A stretch of 46,509 nt of DNA, filler included, from Sphacelaria rigidula (lineage: Eukaryota), in NCBI GenBank assembly GCA_964200075.2. It is 2 parts of 2 records of this genome, joined end to end, with 100 filler letters (N's around TTAATTAATTAA, not from the genome) between each part and the next. Parts side by side here need not be neighbours in the genome. Positions count along the whole stretch, not along the records: positions 23,310 to 46,509 come from CAXNAA020000278.1; 1 more part is not named here. The stretch is one strand, 5' to 3'. The notes beneath the pieces are model-generated. The model saw only the letters and a list, made by a program, of their open reading frames with translations, searched no databases and had not been told where the DNA came from. A program made the translations under genes and the position numbers. Every line of letters begins with the position of its first letter. The stretch's first letter is position 1. Of the stretch, positions 23,837 through 35,500 are shown piece by piece.

Positions 23837-25649
23837 CGAGCTGGGCCAGCCTAGAAACGGATTTAAGCTCTCAAAGCAATATCTCATCGACACAGACGAG
23901 TTGGTCCATGATCCGTATATTGTATTGATCGTCTAATCAAGGGGAAAGTGCCCATCTGCTCAAAATCTGGGCCAATATTTTCTACTTGATTGAACCCCAC
24001 GTCTAGTAATGCCTATACCTAACGGAGATGACGTCTATACTAGAATCTATATGAAAATCCGATCGATGCATTCAGCGGATGGCGACGATTTTTGGTGTGG
24101 ACACTCCCCGGAGCACGGAGAGGCGATAGATACCCTCACCTTCACCTAGTTGGTTATCAATCTCGAGATATAGAGCACATGAGTTTCCATGCTAAACTCG
24201 ATATATTACGAGCAGGGGCACTAGATGAACTAAATCTGGATATCGCATCTCAGTTTTTGAGAGTTGTGCGATGAAATTTCGTATGGAGAAGCGCTAGTGC
24301 AAAGTTGAGCTAAAAAAAACAACCTTTTCATTTTCTTCGTTTTTCTTTTCATCTTTTTCGGGTTTTTAGGGCAGTTTTGAGGAGGAATGAACACTGGTCC
24401 TCGGCCTCATCTCAATTTTTCTGCCCAATTTTTATAACTGTGGTTCGAAACTCAGCATGGAGAACCACAGAGGTATGCCGAAGAAAAAAAACAATGGACC
24501 TCTCTTTTTTGGGGGGGGAGGGGGGAAGGTTCGGGCGTTCTGGTGAAAAAATAGTCGTTACTATACTAACACGCCCCAAACCAGGTTAAAAAATGGATGA
24601 ATACCAACGTGACCCACTTTTTTTCGTCCATTATGCCCTAGTGAGGTCCCACACAAAATTTCAAACACAAACACCAAACGTGGGCCAGTATATGGCCCCC
24701 AATTTACGTTCCCGAATTTCTACCGAGCCCAATACGAAATGGCCCATTCTCCGGCCATTATTTAAAGTTGGCCCCTGAAATTTGGTATGGGCAATGAAAA
24801 GGGCACAACAAAAATATTACGCATGTACCCAAAGATGTTTTTTTCATGAGTTAAGGGCAATAAGCAATAATCGATTTTAAGGTATCAGTAAAATGCCCCT
24901 AACTCATGAAAAAACAATGAATACGTGCCTATTTTTTTTTATTTCGCCCTACGAGCTGGGCCAGCCAACAGTGGGTAGTTTTCTCGCTCAGGTGATGCAT
25001 GGCCTAAAATTAGGAGCCGAACGCTGAAAATTTTGGCAGCAGCTTACAAAACATCCCGAGAGGAGCATGAAAAAAAGGAAAGAAGAAAGTTATCGGGATT
25101 TGAAACTTCAGCATAGCCAAGATAATGTCATGAGTAAAACAAAAACGAGAATCTGCAGCTTCTCCCACAGTGTACTATTTCCTCGGGTGCAGAAGGTTTT
25201 CGTGAAATTTCGGCTCAAGATTCGTCGAATTGGACCATGTGTGCAACGTTTTGCGCGACGCTGCTGCACCCCACATATGCCCAGTGCGGGGTGATTGCTG
25301 ATGTAACCCTACCGCATTGAAAAAACAAACGCACTTCGACACGCTATCGCTCAACAATATCGGACTCACCCCGTACTCTATGCAGTACGATAACGTCACC
25401 GGCAATACGACGCCAATCGAACAGTGACGCAGTTCTTTATCACCAGGTGGGTCTGCAGTTCACAGTGATATGTTTACATCGGGTTCATTCGGGAAACTGG
25501 GAAAGCTGTAGTGTGGACAACGTTTGGCCGCTTTTCAGCTGGTCCAGCTCGTATTCATTGTCCATACCCAATTTCACGGCCCAACTCCAAATAATGGCCA
25601 ATGGATGGGCCTGCAAACTGAAAATCCGCCTTTAGGCTGACCCAGCTCG
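23837..25649. mobile_element. TIR element (~28-bp imperfect TIR) with a nested insertion
   Basis: Left CGAGCTGGGCCAGCCTAGAAACGGATTT; right AAATCCGCCTTTAGGCTGACCCAGCTCG; internal foldback 24741-25610. Confidence 0.8.
24952..25551. mobile_element. 600-bp TIR element nested in the previous one, TA target duplication
   Basis: TA|CGAGCTGGGCCAGC...GCTGGTCCAGCTCG|TA; removing it restores the host foldback arm (GCCCTATTCATTGTCCATACC). Confidence 0.85.
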
Positions 25650-25789
25650 TGGGAATTAGAGGAGTTAGAGTAATCAAGGTTAATATTGGAATCAGTATAG
25701 CATTGTTGGGGGTGCGGTCGTCCCCTGGTTAACTACCTCCCTGTCCGAGAGGTCGAAGCTGAAAGGTTGGATTGTTGGTGAAAATAATA

Positions 25790-26753
25790 TGAGCTGGGCC
25801 AGCAGTAAATCACGCATTCGTTTCCCAGACCACAATTTCTCAAGTTTCCCAACTCAGCGCGACTTGAGCATATCGCTGTTAAGTGTAGACCAACCTGGTA
25901 ACACACGGCACCGCCGTTGAATGTGTGTGTGATGTGTTGTGGTCCCATCTATTCTGGACGCCGGTCTACACCTCTCGGTATATATGGGCGCACCAGCCGG
26001 GGTCACACAGGAGGAAGGTCAACACAGGAATTTGTTTTTTTTGTGTTGAATGCCCCACCTTCCTTCTGCGGTGCCTGCCTATCATTTTTTATCGCGAGAG
26101 GAGTCCAGCACTCCCTTCTCCTCATCGACCGTTGAGTCGAATTTTGTGTACCCACAACATAGTCGTTCTTCACTGTTGGGCATGGTGTGAGAAAAACCCA
26201 AGATCGCTCCGAGATTCGAATCCTCGACCCAACCATCGGAAGGATCCAAGATTACCAACTGAGCCACCGGGACGACCCCGGATGAAGAAAAAAAAATGAA
26301 GAAAAAGGTACTGCATAATATGTGACCTTGACGACGAGCGGAAAAAAAGAGAGACTGTGGGGATCCGAACTCATTACCTCCATAATTGGAATCCACTGTA
26401 TCACTTGAATTGAATGGGTGTGGCCGTGTCACACGAAAAGTGCGATGCCACACCCAATTTGAGGTGTTTTTGGCCGAAACTTTACCAGAATGTCGTTGAC
26501 GCGAGTGCCCGTATGTGTTGGAGCGTTGCCGTCGTTTTTATCATTTTTTAAGGAAGTTATAGCGTTTCCCCTATTTCTGCTGAAACTTCAACTCGCTCTA
26601 GCTTCCTGTTTTTTTTTTTTCCTCTGCACCCCCAATAGGGTTGCGTGGGTTGATGACGAAAACGTCGTGTCAAAATTTCAGCGCCTAACTGTTCGAATTC
26701 CCAATAGCACCTCCACTCTTAATTCAAGAATAACTGTCAGCTGGCCCAGCTCG
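25790..26753. mobile_element. TA-flanked TIR element carrying a SINE insertion
   Basis: TA|TGAGCTGGGCCAGC...GCTGGCCCAGCTCG|TA; sibling of 14371-15609. Confidence 0.8.
25921..26280 (-). mobile_element. Full-length tRNA-derived SINE (~360 bp)
   Basis: A box TGGCTCAGTTGG, B box GATTCGAATC, conserved body and CA-repeat tail. Confidence 0.88.
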
Positions 26754-26896
26754 TATATATTCGGATCCCCTTGTTACTTCCTTCTTTTTTTCCAACAGCG
26801 ATGTGCCCGACCACGGTAAGGCAAAAATCATCGACAAACCTCGAACTACCAGCGCGGGGATCTGTTCGTACCCACGGCAAGCGTAACGTTTCTTGA

Positions 26897-26988
26897 TCCT
26901 TTGACCCTGAGGGTAGTCCATCTGAATCGTGCATTCTTTTTGCAAGTGAAATTGATGCCGATCCTGCGGATGACCTACTCTCGCTGAC
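26897..26988. mobile_element. Decayed piggyBac-type MITE copy
   Basis: GAGGGTAGTCCATCTGAATCGTGCAT...GAAATTGATGCCGATC...GACCTACTCTCGC. Confidence 0.7.
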
Positions 26989-26991
26989 TAC

Positions 26992-27200
26992 TAGCTGGTC
27001 CAGCGTAGACGCGAATTCGTAGTTTGCAGGCCCCGCCTCACGTCAATTTTGAGAGTTGGAGTTTGAACTGTGGTACGGTGAATGAATAGGGCATAATGAT
27101 GAAAAACAGATGCGGGACGGTGAGTTTTTCTTCATGAGTCGACGGCATTTTACTGAGAACTGGATACTCATTATTGACCTCAACTCATAAAAAAAAAGGG
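26992..27200. mobile_element. Truncated fragment of the same TIR family
   Basis: GCTGGTCCAGC...GTTTGCAGGCCC...TGAATAGGGC...TTCATGAGT resembles the reverse complement of the right part of 23837-25649. Confidence 0.55.
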
Positions 27201-27639
27201 CAACAGAAGAAGGGGGGTACAGTCCCCCATATTTCAGCCAAAATGTAGGTACGGTTTACCGCGCAAGTCCGAGCTGTCTGTGCCAGGCCCAAACCACTGG
27301 GAAAATGATCTCCACGCGAAGGCAAGGCGCCACAGCTCATGCAGAGCATGTTCACTCATCTTCGCGAGAAAAAAGCGCGGTTTGACGGCGGAATAGCGCC
27401 GCGGGAAACGAGGGCCGTGCCGTGTACCCTGCTTTGTCCGACAATACGGTAGGTGTACACCGCAAAAACACTACTTAATTCGTCTTGTACACCATCCTAT
27501 CTAATGCTGTCTCATACTATGTCCGAAGTATACGAGTACCGCTATTTGACCAATATGGGTGTTTCACAGCCCCCGTCTAACGCCGCGCACGGGACAAAAC
27601 CGACTGGACGAAGAACTTCTCCAACCCTTCTTTTTACCC

Positions 27640-27770
27640 CCCTTTTTGCCTCTTTCTACGGCCTGGAGACGCAAGAGCCCACGCTCCTTTTTACTTCTTT
27701 CTGCGGCTCGGAGACGCAAGAGCCTACGCTTATTTTCACCTCTTTCGGCGGCCTGGAGACGCAAGAGTCT
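27640..27770. repeat. 45-bp tandem repeat x3
   Basis: GGAGACGCAAGAG at 27665, 27710 and 27755. Confidence 0.9.
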
Positions 27771-28078
27771 GAAGACTGTGCACATAAAAGGAGCTAGCGC
27801 TAGGCGTGACACGCCGCTGCTTTGGGTGTATGTGTATGTTCCGGCTTCGAGTTTCAGGCACGCTCGTTTAGAATTCTAGACCTGTTCCGACTGTGTGCAG
27901 AAGGAAGCACCGCTGTTCCAATAAATGAGTAACTAGTGGTAAGCCACGACTGACGCGCGTGGCAGCAGTGCCGCAGGTATCAACGCCTCGAGTCTTGCAC
28001 GCGTGGATGCTTTGAACAAGAAGATGAACAAAAGGTGACCTTGACATCAGCCATAATTTATTTGTGTAAGGGTCGTCA

Positions 28079-28185
28079 TTGACCCTTAGACGACGAGAGT
28101 AGGACATCGATTGAATCGGCGTCAATTTCACATGAAAAAAATATGCATACTCCAGATGGACTACCCTGGGCGGTGCAAGGATTGA
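28079..28185. mobile_element. piggyBac-type MITE copy
   Basis: TTGA|CCCTTAGACGACGAGAGTAGG...GATGGACTACCCTGGGCGGTGCAAGG. Confidence 0.75.
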
Positions 28186-29499
28186 CCGCCTTTATTTTTG
28201 ATGCTTTTCATCCATTTTTATCCACGAAAAACGGAGACAGAATAAAAGCTGGTAACAACGGCCCTGTAAGCAGGCGACGACTTCCAACCGCACGGCTAAA
28301 TGTGAGCATCACAAAAGAAAAAGAGATTTCTGACCGCGTTGGCACCAACCCGGCAGCGCTGCACCCGTGGAGAATTTACCCCGAAGAAGCAAGCACCAAA
28401 CGGAAAAAAACGCGCCCCGTCACTTGTCTAACATCCCACCGGATGTACAGTAACAAAGTCTACGAACAACGAATCCTAGCTAGTCGATCCTCGTCGGCAG
28501 AAGTGAGGCGTCGACCGCCTGTATCGCATGGGCAACACGCTGGCTAAATGCATCTACTCGAGAGCGAGGATGTTCGTTGACAGCCATGATCACTTGTTCC
28601 TGGCGCGTGTCGATGGCGTACTACCCGTTGGCGTTGAGGGTGTTTGCGGCGTTGACATCATGCGCTTGAAACGCCTGGCGGTATCCATTTGCGATGTTTT
28701 CGAACTCCGCTGGCCTGTGGTAACCATCATAGTCCGGACAGACCCCTTCTTCACGGTCATGTGTGGATATAGTCAACACCGCCCGCCCTTGCAAGATCAT
28801 GATGAAATTTACGATGAGCGACCCATGTCGTCGAGACCCACCTATCCCTTTTTGATATCTCCTCAACGCGTGTCTTCGGCCATTTATGTTGAGGTAAGTT
28901 GCTATCAAATCGTTTTTTTCTTCAATCGCACTTTCAATTTTTTTCCTCTGTATCGCGTCTGCGCGATTTTCCTGGGTCCGATCATATATATATATATATA
29001 TATATATCCTATCCTCATACAGTATTTTAGGTAGTTATCCCTTTTGGTACTGAGGCTCAGTAACGAGGGGTTCACCATGTGTTGGTGAAGTAATAATAAA
29101 CAAGTCTGGGAGCGACCTGCCCAATCGTGGCGAGGCGAAGTTTATCGACCATATCCAGACGACCAGTGGGGGGGGGGCTGTCGCCGGGAGTGATGTCACT
29201 GCCAAGTTGGTGTGTGTACCCTGTCCCTGGCCCACAAAAAGCCTTCGAAGCATAAGAAAGCCGCGACGGTCGGGGGTCGCTTTCCCGATTTTCATCATTT
29301 ACTTGCATTTTATGTAGGTGCGACCCCTGCTCCCCCGATTTTTTCTTGGTTTACCATCCTAGTGTAAAACGTAGATATTACACTAACACAGGATGCTCGG
29401 GGGAAATTCGGGAATAAATGTACCCTACGATATATGTGGTCATCTTCACGAAGCGACTAAATCTAGCAACGCAGTTGAACGAGAGACGGAGCCAGCGGC

Positions 29500-29585
29500 A
29501 TGAGCTCTGCGTATCCCTCTGTTGAAGCAGTACAGCATGCAGTGAGGTCGTATGTAATCGACGGGAACGAACAAGTTGTGTATAG
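29500..29585 (+). CDS. ACOT9: ACOT9-like 5' exon (candidate)
   Basis: MSSAYPSVEAVQHAVRSYVIDGNEQVVY; donor AG|GTAGC; phase 2 gives Y-R|SPITRALWE. Confidence 0.55.
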
Positions 29586-32500
29586 GTAGCTGATCTCCGT
29601 TGCGGAGAACCGCCCAGAACGTGTAAGGGAGTGTGCGGTGGCAGCTGCTGCTGCAGTCGGAGAGGCGTACTGTACTATATGTGCGGCGCAACGCCGATGC
29701 CCTTCGAAGAGAATATACCACTTGCAGTAAAGAGGGAAATTGCGGCCCACTCCGACCACAAAGGATCGTGGAACAAGGTGATGGGGACAATAATATCATC
29801 CAAAGCCACAAGTGGCAGGCGGCGATAGCCACATCCTGTTGAAAGCTCTCCACGGCGACTCATACTGCTTGATACATCTGTACATCACCGGAGGCGCACA
29901 ACACCCCAATTACAGCTTGTACCTGCACCGGAAAATAGATTGAATGGAACTTTCGGTCTTTCTAATAATATTGTGGTCACATACGTGGATTTTCAGTAAC
30001 ATAAAGCTATCGCTTCGTGCATACGCCAGACACGTCATTCCTAACCGGCCTCATTGGTCATTGTGGAGGCCCAGTCCCAGAAGGGTTAATCTGACCACGG
30101 AAGGCGTCCGCATCAAATGCCCAGTAAAGATTACCGCGCAGGTATTGGAACGGATTTAGTGTGAAAACAACAAAAACAACGACAACAGCCGTACTTTGCT
30201 AAGACATGCCCTTGAATGAAGTGATAATTTATGAATTATCAATTTTGAACTTGATTGCCCCAACAACGACCAGTTTTCAATGTTTTTAAGAAGTATTTTT
30301 GTCCAAATTAGTGTTGTACGCTAAGTATTAACCATATAAGACCGCTTCTTATATAGTCCGAAAACGGACTCGCTGAGAACTGCCCTTTTGGGGCCTTTCA
30401 TCGCAGATTTTCGGCGAAATGTAGACCCTGGCAGATTATGCCTCCTCTGACAGGTTTGCTATGCTCTCCAAGAGGATTCTAGCGCACATTCCCGATTTTT
30501 CGTCCCACAATTTTACTTTTGGCCGGATTCCCGATTTTTTCAGTCGCCCAAAAAATCGGGAATCGGGCCAAAAAAGCAAAGGGGCATACAATTGTTGGGA
30601 ATATGCGCTAGAATCCTCTTGGAAAGAATAGCAAATGTCTCAGAGGAGGCCCAATCCGCCAAGGCCCGTATTCCGCCAAAAATCCGTGATGAACGGGTCA
30701 AGATGAGCAGTTTTGAGATAATCCGTTTTTCTGACTATGAGAAGCGCCTACGGGTCGATTTTCTAATTAGATTTTATGTGATCATTTCAATCGAATTAAA
30801 TCATAAAATCAATTTGCTGTTGATTGTTGATTGACCCACACGTTCCGCCGCTGTGAGACAGACGGCTGTGACCATCAACTGCCAATCGCTGAGGATACAG
30901 CCGTCCGTACTGGCTCAGTTTGTTTGCCCCAACCTGCACGCACCCGACTTGTCTGTCTTACTGTCCTCGATCACAGCACCCGACTTTGACGGAAAGTGTA
31001 GATCATCTGTTGAGATGGCATCAATTTCACTTGAAAAAAGTATATGCATGATCCCGATGGACTACCCTCGCGGTCTATGGGTGAAGCACCGAACAAGACG
31101 CAACGAACAGCTGCACAGCCATCACGTGATTTTTCAACTGTGTATAGACAGCACTTAGTCCGCTCACTTCACTGTACAGACCGGAACACGACAGCAGTCC
31201 AGCTGTTGAGGCACTCTCCAGCTCAGATCCAACTATGTTTGAAGAGGGTTCAAACGTTCCAACAGCACAGCGACAACTCAACTACAACATAGAGATTATG
31301 GGTGTCGGCACCGCCTTGTTTGCTTTATGGAACATGAAACAGCCAACACACCATGAAGTTTTCAACAGTGTGTAGACAGCACTGCGTGCCTACTAGCATC
31401 ATTATTTTTCTACAGCTACGAATACGACAGTGCGGTGGTAGCTCAGGCAGTCCCAGCGGAGATCAAACCGTCTTGGCAAGGTCTCAACACACCAGAGTTC
31501 AGTGACAGCTCAACGAAACCTCCACGCCGGCGAGACCCATGGTGCTGATACCTGCGGCACTGCTGCCACGCGCGTCAGCTGTGGCTCACCACTAGTTGTC
31601 GTTTGTAGCCAAATGATACCAATCCGTAGGTTTCAGTATTATCGCATGCATGATTGCAGCAGTCGCAGGGGACAGGGGATCTTGGATTTATGACCCTCAT
31701 CTGTGTGGCCCCTTGCTGTCTAGCTCTTGATGTGGTTTGTTGAGGATCACTCCGTGATAATAGCAAGTGCGAATAAAGGACTTGTCGAGCACGAGGCCAG
31801 TACTACTGGAGGAGTCCCTCGTGAATAGTCTTCTTGTCCAGATCGTCTGGCAGGGGCTATACATTACCATCCTTGATTTCATTTTGTTCATTTTTTTATT
31901 TGCTATTTCCGCACAATTACCCAATCTCTCGAACCCGTGGTCACAGACGTAGGCTCGCCTTTCCGATGCCATCGGTAGCATTCCTTACATGAGATACTGA
32001 GATGGTAATCGCGACGTTCTACAGTTCCGCGGAGTGAGCAACTTGTACATGACTTGCCAGGACGTTACCGTAAGGTTGCCCAACGTGTGCGCAATGTACT
32101 ATTTTAGCACGTCATGTATCCCGAGGGCCTGTTAAAACACTAAAAATATGGTGTGGTGTAAGGTGTCGTACCCCAGCATACCCTGCCTTTTCAAGGTACC
32201 GTATCGCAGTACTGAGCACCACCAGGATATCTGGCTTATTGAACTGAACATGTCGTGATTATTCCATAATATCTGGAATACTGAGTCGTATTTGTACCCT
32301 ATCCTGCCCCAAACACCTTTGGAATATTGAGTGTTGACATGTACAGATGGTGCATTCCATCTTCACGTACCTCACCGGGCGTAAGTGTTATGTTTTGGTC
32401 ATACCCTGTTAACCTTCCTTTCTGGGACACGAGTTTGTTGTTTCGAGCAATGAAATTGATTATTCTCCCTTATTGCCTGCATGCGTTTTGTTACCATCAA

Positions 32501-35500
32501 GCAAGGATCCAACAGTCCTGTACCCCGCTACGATTCTTTTTCGCCACTCCCGTCCTTACGCTGTCAAAGTGATTAAAAGCAGATGATAAATATATTTACA
32601 CGCTAGGTAGATCATATCCTCCGTGAATCCGGACACAGAGCACTCGAAGGCTGCTGTGTTGATTGCCACGTTCCTGTAGAAAAAAGCAGGTGGTATATGA
32701 ACCGGTGCCAATATTTTCGGTTGACAAAAAATGAAGACGAGCTCGCCATGTCCAGTGCTGTGCCCCCGTTGATCGCCTCAAGATAGCCAAGCGTTTTGCT
32801 GTCCGTGCACTCTGATTGTGCACAGGTCTCCGATCACCAGGGCGCTCTGGGAAATCAGAGAAGCAGAGAAGCGATACCAGGTAAAGTTTGACACTTTGCG
32901 CGTTCAAGATCGTGTACGGTCGGTATTGCACAATGCACGGCAGCACAACTCAGTGAGCTCGGCCATACTATTTGCCTGTGGAACGGGCCAGACGGACTCA
33001 CACGCGCGTACCGACACCAGGCATGTCTGAGTTTCAGCAGGCTTTCATCTCTCCTCGCACAACATGTGGCGCTGACAGTTCCACGTCAAGCGCTACAGTG
33101 CGCTCAGTAGCGACCAGCTGGTACATGGCAATCCAGTACAATGGCCGTCTACAGTGGCAACTCGGCAAGACAGTTCAAAACGTTGCACAGAAATCAGTAC
33201 ATCTATACTGTGGCCCTTAACCCACTGCACGAAATTGCGATCCAACACAAATCAGGAAAAACGCATGGCGTCAACCAACGATGGCATGGACAACGCGGGA
33301 GGAGCGGCGTCACAGACCGCGCAGCAGCTTGGGGACCCGAGTCCCGTGCCGCCTTCTCTGAGCCGCAGCATGATCCACTACCCGTTCTCCACCGATTCCT
33401 TCCTCCGAGAAGACTATCGAAACCCATCCGGCCTTGTGCGGGTAAGTTGTTTCATATTGTCGTACATGAAACTCCCCCCCCCCCCCCCCCCATCCACCCC
33501 CCGGAGTAGGAACGGTGTTCCGTTTCGAAAAGATGCGTGATGAATGGTCAAACGACTAAGGCAAGCAACAAATGACTACGCCCCCCACCCCCCCCAGGCC
33601 CGTATTCTTGAGGGATCAGCCCATATTTCCCCCCCCACTTCCCGGGCACTTTGTTGTTAACTACCATGATATCAACGCTGCCGCAGCCCACGTAGCCTTG
33701 GTCCAAAACCCCGGCCCTGGGGAAGAGTGAATATGATGGGAGGAAATCCAGGTAAAGTCAAATACCTGCGGATGAATCATCCCATGGTAGGGACGGTGGG
33801 GTGCGGCGTGTTTCATGCTCCCACCAACTTGTCGCCCGAAGGAGCCAGAACTTGTACGTCGACGAGTTTGTGTCGATATAAATTACATTTGGCAATAATT
33901 TCACCTCACGGAGCTGCACGTTAGCAAGCGTGCGTCATTAGATACTCTACCTGTGAGCCCCATTGGTCTGGACAACATTTCACACAACGGAGATACACGG
34001 AAACAACCGTGCTTATCTGAATATCACGCTCATGAACCCGTTTGACCCAACTTCTGAGCATGGAAATTCGTTGACAAATGGTCGTGTCATGTACATTCAC
34101 GAGCTCGGTGCTAGCTAGCCCTAGACCTATTGGGGCGATAGCGCTCAATGTGACATGTGAGCTTGTCTTGACCATGGTTATTTTGTATCATTAGCGGTAT
34201 CCTGTACATCTCGGTGGGACACAAGCCTAGACCCAGCGATAGCCCAGTACTACGGAATGTTGATAGATGTGGGTATGCATGCGAGCCTTGAAGCGAACCT
34301 CATATCCTTTGTGATGTTGTGAAACAAATCGTTTTTATTCGTTGATCCAACCGCACCCTCTCATTGCCGACTTCAATATGCAGCCGTTTTGAACATCTCT
34401 TTTGAGATCTTTCTTATACCTTCCGACCGTGAATAACATGTGCAACCTCTTTTATATCCGGTTCTACCGTTCAAGATCGGCCGTGTCCTGGAAGATCTAG
34501 ACGCACTAGCCGGGAACGTCGCTTTCAAGCACTGCTCCGAAGATCCTTCTTTTCCGCTCCTCGTCACGGCTTCCGTCGACAGGTGACAACTTATTCACGG
34601 TTATTAGGGAGACTTTTTGACTCCAGATAGAAAACAACCAGAGCCGTCCCTTGACCAAATATAGCAGGTGACAATTTGTTCAGAATTATCAGGGAGACTT
34701 TTCGACTCCAGAAAAGTCGACACAAGATGAACAGAATCGCCTCTTTACCGAATATAGAACGCGACACCCGGGTACAGGAGTCTGCCGGTGGAATATGGTA
34801 AAGTACGTGACCGCCCAGTGCACGCATTTCTAACCCGAATCCTCGTTTTGGAAGCGACTGACCAACCATTTTTTTTTCTTCCCTTGTAACCATGATGCCT
34901 CGGCTTACATACAGGACGCAAAACACTAGCCGGTCCATCTGGGGAATCGTGCGAATCTATGTATCACACCGCCGGTGATTCCACGGCCATTCACTGCCAG
35001 TTGGCACTGATATTGTTTAGGACTGTTGGTTGTACCTTTCATGCATCCGCACCACTTCCTCAAGAAGGGCCTGGACTCTTCAAGGATCGGCCTTATTCTC
35101 CCTCCTGATGCTTGTTCTTACATCCCCTCATTGAGATCGAGCATTGGATCTGCACTCCGACAGATGGTCAAAAGTTTTTTTTTCCACTTGTTTTTGCCGA
35201 GTACCTGCTGAAGAAGATCTAACTTTAACTTGGCACCAAGATTTGATGCCATACTTGGGCAGTATTGCGAGCTAACTTGTGTGTTGAAATAGATCGATGA
35301 GTTAGCATCGAAAGTCAGTCCCGACGCTCGGGATATTCATTGATGGGTTGATTGATGTTTGCATATGAATTGACCCCTGAGGTATTTATTGTATTTAGCC
35401 GTAGCCATTAGATATGAGATATACGTATCCTAGGTGAATGAAGTAAAACACTTCGTGAAGGAAACTCCATGGAGGGAAAGGGAAAGGCAGAAGGGTAGAA

